From Candidatus Pelearchaeum maunauluense (GTDB taxonomy: Archaea; Thermoproteota; Nitrososphaeria_A; Caldarchaeales; Caldarchaeaceae), in assembly GCA_030059675.1 (NCBI GenBank), contig JANVYQ010000001.1:64001-128000 (forward strand): a stretch of 64,000 nt of DNA, read 5' to 3'. The notes under the pieces were generated by a model. The model was not told the DNA's origin. It ran no database searches and saw only the letters and a program-made list of their open reading frames with translations. A program made the position numbers and the translations under genes. This document shows positions 50,967 to 59,646 of the stretch, piece by piece (position 1 is the stretch's first letter; every line of letters begins with the position of its first letter).

Positions 50967-52287
50967 CTATCACCTTATTATTCTTCAGCTCTACTACCAC
51001 CATGTCGCCTTCTTTCAAGCCCAGCATGTTGGCGAATTCGCTGGGTATCGTTACCCGCCTGCCTGAGAGCATTCTTTGTAGGCGTTTATGCGAGTTTAGG
51101 CGCTGGCCTTCTTCCTGTGGGTGTTGTGGTGTTTCTGTCGGAGCTGCCTGCTGGGGCTGTGGAGGCGGCGGAGGTGGTGGCGTCGCCTGGCTTGGCTGAG
51201 CCGCCTGCTGCGCTGCGCGCTTCTCGCGCCGCCTCTTCAGCAGGTAGGTCGCCGAGGTGAACGCGGCAAGCCCTATCAAGCCAGCCGCCTGGCCGTAGGC
51301 GATATTCTTGGTGAGGATATTCTCCTGGCTGAGCGAGTTATAGCTGAGCAGGAGCGACTCATACGCCTTCTTAGACTCGTCAAGCTGGTTCTTGAGCTGG
51401 CCAATCTCCCTGAGAGAGTCTTCATGCCTCTTGCTTAGGTTGGTATAGACCTCGCGGAGCTGCTGGTAGGAGGCTTGCAAGCTGTTATACTCGTCTGTGA
51501 GCTGCCTATAATCCGCGAGCAACTGCTCATAGTTCTGGGCTAGGACGCTATTCCTCTGGCGGAGGTCGTCGTATCTCTCCTGGAGCTGGCGGAGGCCTTC
51601 CAGCGCCTGCTTATACTGGGCGTCTAGCTGTTTATACTCCTCCGTGAGCGCATCGTAGCTGGCTTTCAGGCTGTTATACTCGTTTTCGCTCGCGGCCAAG
51701 TCTCCCCTGAGCCTGTTAATCTCAGCGTTGAGCGCTTCAATCCTAGCATTTAGCGCGTCTATCTTAGCCCGCAGGGAGTTTATCGTGGCTTCAAGCTGGT
51801 CTATCAGCCTTTTAGCGCTATTCAGCTCGCCCACAACCTCGTCGTAGGTCTTCTCACGCGCCACAGCCAAGAACCACCTGTAGGTGAGCGGCTTAGCAAC
51901 AGTGTCGCGCGTGTAGTTGGCGAAGAGCTCAGCGGATACGCTGGGGTCAGCGCGCACAACACTTGGGACGCAGAGGGTATAGCTCTTCTGAACAAACCAG
52001 CCTGCCATGACGTTGATGTCAGACGCCAGCGTGTCATCCAGCAATGTTTGGGTGTATGAGTTCGCCTGATACTTCACGACTAGGCGTATCTTGTCTATGT
52101 AGATGTCTCCCAGAGCCGTTGCGTCAAATATGAGCTGGAAGCAAGCGCCTATCTTTACCTCAGGCGGGTATGTGAGTGTGAATTTTATGCTCGCGTCGTC
52201 CACCACTAGGGAGAATGCTTGCGCAGCGGTGTTTGGGAGGAGCGCCAGGGCTAGCAGCACCAGCATTACCCCTACCTTCTTCATCAT
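50908..52287 (-). CDS. Signal peptide + beta-rich domain + long coiled coil + TM + Pro/Gln linker + C-terminal AbrB/SpoVT-like DNA-binding domain
   Basis: N-terminal signal peptide; about 180 aa of heptads; TM followed by KRRREKR; PPPPPPP; GRRVTIPSEFANMLGLKEGD.VVV. Confidence 0.8.
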   Translation of the reverse strand: MMKKVGVMLVLLALALLPNTAAQAFSLVVDDASIKFTLTYPPEVKIGACFQLIFDATALGDIYIDKIRLVVKYQANSYTQTLLDDTLASDINVMAGWFVQKSYTLCVPSVVRADPSVSAELFANYTRDTVAKPLTYRWFLAVAREKTYDEVVGELNSAKRLIDQLEATINSLRAKIDALNARIEALNAEINRLRGDLAASENEYNSLKASYDALTEEYKQLDAQYKQALEGLRQLQERYDDLRQRNSVLAQNYEQLLADYRQLTDEYNSLQASYQQLREVYTNLSKRHEDSLREIGQLKNQLDESKKAYESLLLSYNSLSQENILTKNIAYGQAAGLIGLAAFTSATYLLKRRREKRAAQQAAQPSQATPPPPPPPQPQQAAPTETPQHPQEEGQRLNSHKRLQRMLSGRRVTIPSEFANMLGLKEGDMVVVELKNNKVIVKPAPEDLQQEGEGGEKPN

Positions 52288-52363
52288 CTCTAGGTAAGAC
52301 CTGCGTATCGCATTTAAGGCTTTTAGACGCGCTTTAACATAGCGGATGGCGGTGTTAGGGTTG

Positions 52364-52413
52364 ATGATATCACATGACGCTACGCGACATCACATAGTGC
52401 CGCGTGATGCCAT
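52364..52413. repeat. Five tandem 10-bp quasi-palindromic units (RYRRYRYYRY; consensus RTGAYRYCAC)
   Basis: ATGATATCAC ATGACGCTAC GCGACATCAC ATAGTGCCGC GTGATGCCAT. Confidence 0.8.
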
Positions 52414-52602
52414 AACCCGTTATCCCCGCCTATCTTCGCCTCGCGGCAGCTGGAAAATCTTTCAAAACAGCACCTCCGCTACGCAGGTATTTCCAACAAG
52501 AATAACTAGAGCTAACAACGGTATTACATACCCGCATGAATTTCCTTCGCTTCATAGCCAGCCGTTTACAGAACTGTATTCCATGGAGGCGGCGGGGCTG
52601 AG

Positions 52603-53013
52603 ATGAAACCAATCGCTGAAAGAATCGCCGAATTGCGGGCTAATTTGCGGAAAGACCCAGTTTTCAAGCTTCTCCGCTCCAACTCAAACCTCACGGCCAA
52701 GCAGGTTGAGACGCTGCTGTTTGATGTGGTGGTGGAGCAGTATGGGGCGAGGCTAACCGCTCAGGAGAGAGCAGCCCTGCGGGGCGTTTCCAAGGGCGCT
52801 TTCGTCAGGACTAAGAAGCAGGCGGAGCGGAATATTACTAGGGCACTGTTTACGGTTATGCTCGCGTCTTATCTTGGTATTCTACGCCTGCCAAGCTATC
52901 GCTGGCTTCTGGAAATAGGTGAGCTCCTACAGGAAGGGGATGCTGAGAGCCTCAAGCGCGCTGTGCAGGCGTTGAGCGAAAACCTGGCGGGGCGGGAAGA
53001 TGGCGGAGATTGA
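52603..53013 (+). CDS. Conserved hypothetical protein with HTH-like segment
   Basis: SNLT.KQ.E.L...ERA..RGVSKGAFVRT..QA. Confidence 0.72.
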   Translation: MKPIAERIAELRANLRKDPVFKLLRSNSNLTAKQVETLLFDVVVEQYGARLTAQERAALRGVSKGAFVRTKKQAERNITRALFTVMLASYLGILRLPSYRWLLEIGELLQEGDAESLKRAVQALSENLAGREDGGD

Positions 53014-53467
53014 GACGCTGGTCTTTGCAGCGCTATTCCTGGCGCAGACCCTGATTTACGTGATTCTCCTCAGGAGAGTAATGACATCACGCGGCATCAC
53101 GGCTGAGACGCGCGAAGCCTTGGAGAAGCTACGCAGGATTGAGGAGACGCTGGGCAGGCTACAGCGGCCAGCCAGCATGCCTGTCCCACCGCCTCCACCA
53201 CCGCCACCGCCGCCTGAGGAGCCAGCCCTCCCAGACTCGGCGATAGAGGCACTAAAGCTCCTCCGCGACTCAGGGCCTATGACGTCAACTGATGTCAGCC
53301 GCGCACTTGGCCGTAGTAGGGAGCACGTCTCGCGCGTGATGAAGGCTCTTTACACCCGTGGCCTAGTCTCGCGGAGTGGGAAGCCGTTTAGGTATGAGCT
53401 TACCCCTAGGGGCGCTGAAGTCCTTGACATCACAGGACATCACGGTAGGCAGAGCCGCGTAAAGTAG
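53000..53467 (+). CDS. Membrane-anchored winged-HTH protein (N-terminal TM, short coiled coil, poly-Pro linker, wHTH)
   Basis: LVFAALFLAQTLIYVILL; PPPPPPPPPP; GPMTSTDVSRALGRSREHVSRVMK.L..RGLV.R..KPF.Y.LT. Confidence 0.82.
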   Translation: MAEIETLVFAALFLAQTLIYVILLRRVMTSRGITAETREALEKLRRIEETLGRLQRPASMPVPPPPPPPPPPEEPALPDSAIEALKLLRDSGPMTSTDVSRALGRSREHVSRVMKALYTRGLVSRSGKPFRYELTPRGAEVLDITGHHGRQSRVK

Positions 53468-53519
53468 CCCTGGGCCGTGTTTAATCCCTAAATGTGAAGG
53501 CTGGTATTGTCTGGCAGAG

Positions 53520-54203
53520 TTGCGGCAGGTGGTTTACGACGATGAACAGTGGCGTCTGCTCCGCGCGTTTAGGGCTAGGGCTCTCCGTGTCATGGAGGCA
53601 ATAGCTCCACTCGGCTTCTCGCCCATAGTGTATGGGAGCGTGGTTAGGGGGGATGTTAAGAGGACAAGTGACCTTGACATATTCATACCGCAGACAGTGC
53701 CGACGCAGTTGCTTGAGCTGGCCTTGGCTAATGCTGGCTACGAACCAGTGCGCCGTGTTTTGGTTCAGGCTACGCCCTCTCACGCAGTTAAGGCGTATAT
53801 CTACCTGAGCGAGATCGACACCGTCTCCATCCCCCTCACCAGCCTCACGCGCGACGAGCTTGGGCTCTACCAGCTGGCAGGCTCTCTGGAGCTTGAGGAG
53901 CTGCACTGCGATTTGCGCAGGCCTGGGATAAACAAGCAGCTCATGGTCATCGTGCCCACCGATTACGGGCATTTGGAGTTCCCAGCCACGCGTAATGTTG
54001 ATGAGGCGGCGAAGACGCTTCAGGTAAGCCCAGAGATTCTCAGGAACCGTATCCGCGTTCTTACGCGGCGGCGTGAGGCGGGGAGGACTGGCGTGTATAG
54101 GTCTATTGAGCTCACGCCAGGCCAGAGCTTTGAGGAGGTCTTTGAACGCTTGTTGGCGGAGAACCCTGCTCTTAGGAGGCGTGTGAGGAGGAGTTTGGCC
54201 TGA
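53520..54203 (+). CDS. Archaeal Pol-beta superfamily nucleotidyltransferase (conserved, uncharacterised)
   Basis: YGSVVRGDV...SDLDIF, QATP...KAYI, PG.NK.L, GRTGV. Confidence 0.82.
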   Translation: MRQVVYDDEQWRLLRAFRARALRVMEAIAPLGFSPIVYGSVVRGDVKRTSDLDIFIPQTVPTQLLELALANAGYEPVRRVLVQATPSHAVKAYIYLSEIDTVSIPLTSLTRDELGLYQLAGSLELEELHCDLRRPGINKQLMVIVPTDYGHLEFPATRNVDEAAKTLQVSPEILRNRIRVLTRRREAGRTGVYRSIELTPGQSFEEVFERLLAENPALRRRVRRSLA

Positions 54204-54204
54204 G

Positions 54205-55305
54205 TTGAGGGTTTTACGCGTAGATGCGTTGAAGAGGCTTGTGGAGATAGTGCCTGAGACTACGCTTGACCTGCTTAACGTCTTCCGCCTCGTCTCGGTT
54301 GGCGACACGCTCTACAGCGAGACGAGTAGGGAGGTGAAGAAGGAGCGCGCAGACGGGAGCTATGATAGTGAGCGCGTTAGGCTTAGGATAGGTGTGGAGG
54401 TGGAGAAGAAGACGCTGGAGCCCATGATGAGGCGGATAGCATTCCTGGGCAGGATAATCTACGAGAGCCGCGACCTGGGGCTGGAGGGGAAATACCACTC
54501 AATACATCTATCCCCCGGTATGCCGATAACGATAGAGAGTAGGCAGAACTTCCAGCGCCTCAACGCCTTCGCCAGGCATTATAAGCGCAGCGAGAAGCTG
54601 GTGGGAGGTGATTTACTGGTCGTGTTGATTGATGATGAGGGTATCTCGGTTATCCAGATAGGGCGTCTGGGCATGAAGGCGCTCTTTGAGAAAAAGCTAG
54701 TAGCTGCTGGGAAGCGTGAGCCTGAGGAGAGGCTCCGTGCGGTATCCATGCTCTACTCTGGCGCGGCGAACATTCTTGAGAAACGCTTGGAGGAGGATGA
54801 GAGTTCTGAGATACTGGTATTCGGCCCCTCAATCTTCGTTGACGACTTCCTACAGTATCTCAAGCGTAATAAACGTGGGCTGCTCTCGCGGGTTAGGAAG
54901 ACTGGCTACGTCTCCGAGGGCGCTTCTTCTGGTATTGGGGAGCTTTTGAGGAATAGGATGCTCCACGAGTATGGTGAGCGGGTTAAGGTTGTTGCTGACG
55001 CCGAGGCTGTGGAGGAGCTTATTGCGGCGATGGCTAGAGACCCAGCCTCGGTTTCTGTCGGCCTTCGTGAGTGTCTCAGGGCTGTTGAGCTGGGGGCTGC
55101 GAGCAGGCTGCTCGTGGATGAGGCTTTCCTCTGGGAGCATCTGACGGAGAGCGATGTTGAGCGCCTCCTAGACATGGCTGAGAAAAGCGGCGCGGCGGTG
55201 CAGGTTATAGCCTCAGGCTACGAGGCGGCTGACAAGATAGCCGCTCTGGGAGGCGTGGCGGCCACGCTACGATATCCACTACCCCCATCCACCCAAAACA
55301 GATAA
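54205..55305 (+). CDS. pelA: Pelota/Dom34 ribosome rescue factor
   Basis: PET..DL, GD, T.R, GKYHSI, GA...LL, LGGVAA.LRY. Confidence 0.88.
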   Translation: MRVLRVDALKRLVEIVPETTLDLLNVFRLVSVGDTLYSETSREVKKERADGSYDSERVRLRIGVEVEKKTLEPMMRRIAFLGRIIYESRDLGLEGKYHSIHLSPGMPITIESRQNFQRLNAFARHYKRSEKLVGGDLLVVLIDDEGISVIQIGRLGMKALFEKKLVAAGKREPEERLRAVSMLYSGAANILEKRLEEDESSEILVFGPSIFVDDFLQYLKRNKRGLLSRVRKTGYVSEGASSGIGELLRNRMLHEYGERVKVVADAEAVEELIAAMARDPASVSVGLRECLRAVELGAASRLLVDEAFLWEHLTESDVERLLDMAEKSGAAVQVIASGYEAADKIAALGGVAATLRYPLPPSTQNR

Positions 55306-55334
55306 CTACAGCCCAGCCTAGAGACGTTATAGCC

Positions 55335-55517
55335 ATGCCATCATTCCTAGTGGTTGAGGTTAAGAAAGAATGCACTGCGGCGGAGCTGATAAGAGAGTAT
55401 GGTAGAAACCCAGAGGTCTATTATGTTGTCCGCGATGAGAGGGTTCTCCGCCCAGGGGATAGGCTCAAGCCAGGCGATAGGGTGGCGATTATCCCGCTTA
55501 TAGCAGGCGGCTCTTAG
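55335..55517 (+). CDS. Small ubiquitin-like (SAMP/ThiS/MoaD) protein ending GGS
   Basis: LKPGDRVAIIPLIAGG-S. Confidence 0.75.
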   Translation: MPSFLVVEVKKECTAAELIREYGRNPEVYYVVRDERVLRPGDRLKPGDRVAIIPLIAGGS

Positions 55518-56659
55518 CCAGCTATCTCCTGCACCGTAAGTATCTTGATGTTGTCAGGCTTCTTCTGCACATCCCCGACACGAACACCTATGAGATAGAC
55601 CTCGCCATTCAAGCTAGCAGCCGCATCAACCAAGCGCTGCGTAACTATGCCGTCAAAGACCACGTATTTGACCGACCTCTCCTCGCTTATCTTCGTAGCA
55701 AGCTCGCTCACGGGTATCCGCGCAATCTCCTGCATGTCTGGCGATATGAGAACCGCTGTCAGGGTCCCATCTATCTCGCGTAGATAGTTCCTAATCTCCT
55801 GCGGCAGCTCCTCACGCTTCTCGGCAGCGTGAATCTTCTGCCTCACGGCCTCCTCAGGCGTTACGGCGTGCTCAAGGGCTTCCATAATCTCGCGTGCTGT
55901 AAGCTCCTCAACCTCCTTGCCGTATGGTGCGCGGGCTACCAGGTCAACCTTGGAGAACTGTAGCAGCTCCTTCAGTATTAGGTCTCCTCCCCTATCACCG
56001 TCTAGGAATGCGATTACCTTCTTCTTCCTCTTGGTCAGCTCCTCAACCGTCTTCGGAACCTTAACGCCCTCCACAGCTATGACATTCTTGTAGCCGTAGC
56101 GGAGGAGGTTTATCACGTCAGCCCTTCCTTCAACTACTATCACCTCGTCGCTGTGCTCCACCTCTGGGCCTGCTGGAAGCCTGTCTGGACCATACTCAAC
56201 CACTCGCGACTTGACTATGGCCTCCTCAAGCTCCCGCAGGACAGAATCGTCCTCAGGTGCTTTCTCCTTCTCCCACAACGCCAGTATCTCCTTGGCGCGC
56301 TCAACTATCTTCTTCCTCTTCTCCGCGCGCGTGTCCTCTATCTTCTCCACCGACACGCGGGCGTGGTATGGGCCTACCCTGTCTATCGACTCTATCATCG
56401 CCGCTATGAGCGCTGTGGAGAACTTGTCAAGGCTTGTCGGCACTATTATCTTCCCGCTGGCCTTGTTGCCGTGTGAGGAGACCGAGATTTCTATCCTCCC
56501 TATCCTGCCAGTCTTCTGCAACTCTCTTAAGTCTAGCTCCGAGCTAAAGATTCCCTCGGTCTGCCCAAAGATAGCCCCAACTATGTCATTCCTATCTACA
56601 GGACCATCAACCTCAATCTTAGCCTCTATTACATACTTAATCGTGCTGCTCATACTCAT
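55514..56659 (-). CDS. dnaG: Archaeal DnaG-like protein (TOPRIM, exosome-associated)
   Basis: GAIFGQTEG, LRELQK.GRIGRI, VVEGRADV, DGDRGG, FDG.VTQRL. Confidence 0.96.
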   Translation of the reverse strand: MSMSSTIKYVIEAKIEVDGPVDRNDIVGAIFGQTEGIFSSELDLRELQKTGRIGRIEISVSSHGNKASGKIIVPTSLDKFSTALIAAMIESIDRVGPYHARVSVEKIEDTRAEKRKKIVERAKEILALWEKEKAPEDDSVLRELEEAIVKSRVVEYGPDRLPAGPEVEHSDEVIVVEGRADVINLLRYGYKNVIAVEGVKVPKTVEELTKRKKKVIAFLDGDRGGDLILKELLQFSKVDLVARAPYGKEVEELTAREIMEALEHAVTPEEAVRQKIHAAEKREELPQEIRNYLREIDGTLTAVLISPDMQEIARIPVSELATKISEERSVKYVVFDGIVTQRLVDAAASLNGEVYLIGVRVGDVQKKPDNIKILTVQEIAG

Positions 56660-56780
56660 ACGCTCATCTCCTAGAGCCGCTGTTTTCCCTATATTAAGGT
56701 GCGCGGCCAGCCTTTCTGTAAAGATTCTTTTGCCTTGTTTTGGAGGATTGGTTAAATATAGGTTCCTGGCCGCTGAGTCT

Positions 56781-57128
56781 ATGTCCCTGGCTAGGCTTCT
56801 CCTGCTAGGCTCTGTGCTAGCTGTGGTGCAGGTTTTGGTGGGTGTTGATATGTTTATGCGCGGCTGGCAGCTTGTCTGGCTTCATATAGGGATAGCTGTG
56901 GTTCTCCTCGTAATACTCCTGGCCTGCATACCGCTCTCACGCGGCTCTGGCAGGGTTAGGAGACATGTCATCATAACGCTGGCGCTCCTACTCATACAGG
57001 GTGCTGTCGGCCTTGATATGTTCATGCGTGGCGACGGCGGGATAAGGGAGGTTATGCACTGGATATTCGGCTTCGCCACGCTGGGCTCGTATATTGGCAC
57101 GGCCTCAATAGCGCGGAGACACAGCTAG
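56781..57128 (+). CDS. 4-TM membrane protein with internal duplication and two His
   Basis: Repeat Q..VG.DMFMRG...(L/M)H occurs twice; start set at ATG 56781. Confidence 0.65.
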   Translation: MSLARLLLLGSVLAVVQVLVGVDMFMRGWQLVWLHIGIAVVLLVILLACIPLSRGSGRVRRHVIITLALLLIQGAVGLDMFMRGDGGIREVMHWIFGFATLGSYIGTASIARRHS

Positions 57129-57697
57129 AGAGACGCGCGCACCATTATGCGCGCGCCCGTTATTACCGACCAGGCCGAGAGCACTATTGCTTCCAGTATC
57201 TCTGGTATGGCCCACCCCTCGGAGGGCGTGCCGAAGATTGCCACCAGCGCCGCTATCCCCATGACGCTGGTGAACGAGCCGTAGAGCGGCCTACCCCCAG
57301 CAACAAGGCCAGCGCCCAAGATTATCATAGCAACTGGGAAGAGTATGAAGTAGCCGAGAGCAACCATCCTGTGTATCTCTGGCCAGTCTAGCGTGAATAT
57401 GCCGACGAGCGCGAGCGACGCTCCCCCAAGAATTAGCATGACGCTCCCTACAGCGTTTATCCTGCTCCGCGGAAGGCTCAGGCGCGCCGCTAGGGCGAAG
57501 AAGAAGTTGAGGACACCAGCTATTATGAGCGCCGTGTTGAAGATTGGAGCAGCCTCACTAACACCCAAGTCGCTCAAAGCGTTAGTCTCCCAGCTAAACC
57601 AGGGAGACACGGCGGTAGCCCAGAAAACCATAACCAGAGCAACAACAGGCCCCACAACACCACACAAACCACCAAAACGAACAAAACCAACAGCCAT
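57125..57697 (-). CDS. DUF998-like membrane protein
   Basis: SPWFSW..NALSDLG, FN..LI..G, VGIF, H..VA..FF, AIPE. Confidence 0.8.
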   Translation of the reverse strand: MAVGFVRFGGLCGVVGPVVALVMVFWATAVSPWFSWETNALSDLGVSEAAPIFNTALIIAGVLNFFFALAARLSLPRSRINAVGSVMLILGGASLALVGIFTLDWPEIHRMVALGYFILFPVAMIILGAGLVAGGRPLYGSFTSVMGIAALVAIFGTPSEGWAIPEILEAIVLSAWSVITGARIMVRASL

Positions 57698-57749
57698 AAC
57701 AAGAACTAGGGAAACAATACTAGATAAACCTTCAACGCCCTAGTTTATG

Positions 57750-57824
57750 TGGGGCCGCCCGGATTTGAACCGGGGACCACGCGGGCCCAAGCCGCGTATC
57801 ATAGCCATGCTAGACCACGGCCCC
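57750..57824 (-). tRNA. tRNA-Pro(TGG), intronless, CCA not encoded
   Basis: GGGGCCG...CGCGG CT TGG GC CCGCG...GGTTCAAATCC...CGGCCCCA. Confidence 0.96.
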
Positions 57825-57910
57825 GCGCGTTCTTGTTTCTTCCGCGTGTTGGGCTGTCTTTAGGTGTTGTGGTGGAAAGGATATAAGAGTCTTTATTCAT
57901 AGTTGTTTCG

Positions 57911-58333
57911 GTGCTGCCTGTGGGGCCCCGTTGGCTGGTTATTGAGGTGATTGATGTCTATCCCACCACGCTGGGCCACTGCCCCCACTTTAACCTTGTG
58001 ACGCATGAGCTCGGCGCGGCTGGGGCTGAGTTCTGCCCCCTCTCAGACCAGGTTGTGGAGTATCCGCGCCACGTTATAGAGAGCCATTACAGGGTTGCTG
58101 GCTTGGTTAAGCGGCTCAAGACCCTGTTGAGAGGCCTCCCGCTGAATGTTCAGGTAAGGATGATAGAAGCCACCTCAGCCGTTGGCTTGTGGAAGTGCCT
58201 ACGCCACAGGGTTAGGAGCCAGTCGGCGATACTCGTTAATGGTAGGAAGATATGCGATGGGGATTACTCGCTGGATGAGGCCGCTGAGAGCATAAGGCGG
58301 GAAGCGCTCAGGATTTTGGGCGAGGGGCGCTAG
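57911..58333 (+). CDS. Hypothetical thioredoxin-fold-like protein
   Basis: HCPH N-terminal motif, EYP, beta-strand/AILVNG C-terminus; converges on and overlaps the end of the cstA operon. Confidence 0.55.
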   Translation: MLPVGPRWLVIEVIDVYPTTLGHCPHFNLVTHELGAAGAEFCPLSDQVVEYPRHVIESHYRVAGLVKRLKTLLRGLPLNVQVRMIEATSAVGLWKCLRHRVRSQSAILVNGRKICDGDYSLDEAAESIRREALRILGEGR

Positions 58334-58638
58334 TGGACGGCGTGGCCCTCATGCATTAGCTCCAGCACATCAACCTCGCGCGCCACCAGCTCCTTAATCT
58401 TGATGAAATCACCCACTATGTAGGGGATTAGCCGCAGGGTGTAGTAGTTCCCAAGTATCGGCATCCCTAGAGCCTCGCCCATGATTAATACATAGACTAT
58501 ATCACGATACTTCTGGGCAGTGTGCATGATTTGCTGGTGCATGCCGTAGTAGAACATTCCGAAGAAGAGGTCGCGTAGCTTCTCTTTGAGCGTCCTGCCC
58601 TGCGTGCCTATTCTGAACCTCTCACCCGCGCTACTCAT
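58330..58638 (-). CDS. Small CstA/ArsA-associated protein (paralog 2)
   Basis: FFGM..., LIMGEALGMPILGNYYTLRLIPY. Confidence 0.75.
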   Translation of the reverse strand: MSSAGERFRIGTQGRTLKEKLRDLFFGMFYYGMHQQIMHTAQKYRDIVYVLIMGEALGMPILGNYYTLRLIPYIVGDFIKIKELVAREVDVLELMHEGHAVH

Positions 58639-58640
58639 GG

Positions 58641-59636
58641 TTAGTCTGGCTTAAAAGTATGTAAATCCTCAATAACGCTCCTAAGAGCTTCTACGCCAGT
58701 TATCTCGCGGGGCGCTAGGCGGACGTAGCCGCGTATGTATTCGCCCAGCTCATCCGCGACCATGTCTAGGTAGCGTCTCTGCTCCTCCAGCTTGGTCTTC
58801 AAGTAGCCCGTCGCGTCGCGCTCAGCCTCCTCGCGCGTGAGCACACTATTCACGAAAACACCGCCAATAGGTATGTCAAAGCCCTTCACCATGCCTATGA
58901 AGCGCTTGACGACGGAGATAGGAAGCGCCTGCGGGAGAGTTACGAAGAAGAAGGCCGTCTGCGTGGGGTCTGTCAAAAAACCCCGCGTTACCTTAAACTT
59001 CTCGTGGAGGCTTATCAGGTCTGCTATAATAGGGTCGTTCCTAATCTCTTCCAGTATCTTCTCCTTTCTCACCGCCAGCTTGTACCTGGTTTCCAGCGCT
59101 TCTTTCCTTGATTGTATCATCCTGCTGAGCCAGAGGCCGTAGAGCTTGCTGAGGCCTATTAGCCGTATGGCGTTGGCTACTGCGGCGGTGTCAAAGACTA
59201 TCGCATCATACTCCCTGCTCTCGTCCACCACTATGTCCATAACGCGGTCAAACATCGCCGCCTCTTGGAAAGCTGGGTTGGTGGTTGCTATGTTTATGAA
59301 CGGAGCTGGGTCTAGGGGGACTTCAGCCCATCTGAAGAACTCGCGCAGCCTGCTTGACATCCGCTCCTTATAGCGCTTCACTATCTCCTCAATCTCCACC
59401 TCTATGGCGTATAGGTTAGGTGAGCCTTCCACCTGCTTTACCTTACCCCCGCTCAGCTCCTGCTCAAAGAGGCTTGAGAGGGAGTGCACGGGGTTGAGCG
59501 AGACTAGGAGCGTTTTCTTGCCATTATCCACGGCCAGCTCATAGGCCAGGGCTGCCGCCAAGACTGTCTTTCCCACGCCGCCCTTACCCCCAACGAAGAC
59601 ATACTTCAAGCCATCAACCAGCGCTTCCCTGGGCAT
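58641..59636 (-). CDS. ArsA/Get3/TRC40-family ATPase with degenerate switch motifs
   Basis: GKGGVGKT; switch I SLNPVHSL; switch II DTAAVAN; no Cys. Confidence 0.9.
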   Translation of the reverse strand: MPREALVDGLKYVFVGGKGGVGKTVLAAALAYELAVDNGKKTLLVSLNPVHSLSSLFEQELSGGKVKQVEGSPNLYAIEVEIEEIVKRYKERMSSRLREFFRWAEVPLDPAPFINIATTNPAFQEAAMFDRVMDIVVDESREYDAIVFDTAAVANAIRLIGLSKLYGLWLSRMIQSRKEALETRYKLAVRKEKILEEIRNDPIIADLISLHEKFKVTRGFLTDPTQTAFFFVTLPQALPISVVKRFIGMVKGFDIPIGGVFVNSVLTREEAERDATGYLKTKLEEQRRYLDMVADELGEYIRGYVRLAPREITGVEALRSVIEDLHTFKPD

Positions 59637-59646
59637 GTGTATCCAC

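Noticed and set aside
52364-52413. Repeats as a CRISPR array
   Set aside because: Units are 10 bp, abut directly with no spacers, and no cas genes are present
52440-52590. TTCCA-containing words as ORB/mini-ORB origin boxes
   Set aside because: Matches are too short, with no G-string ORB, AT-rich unwinding element or cdc6 gene nearby; cannot be supported
52346-52606. 86-aa ORF across the repeat region
   Set aside because: No recognisable protein features; it spans the divergent promoter and repeat array, so it is probably spurious
53481-54308. Long antisense ORFs (also 8736-9551, 15949-16716, 22954-23799, the 5' part of 56211-57128, and the 45901-46335 extension)
   Set aside because: Shadows of well-supported genes on the opposite strand
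13810-57824. Two near-identical co-oriented tRNA-Pro sequences as attL/attR of a 44-kb integrated element
   Set aside because: Both are complete tRNAs with different anticodons; the interval holds core genes (PCNA, tiaS, dnaG, pelA) and no integrase
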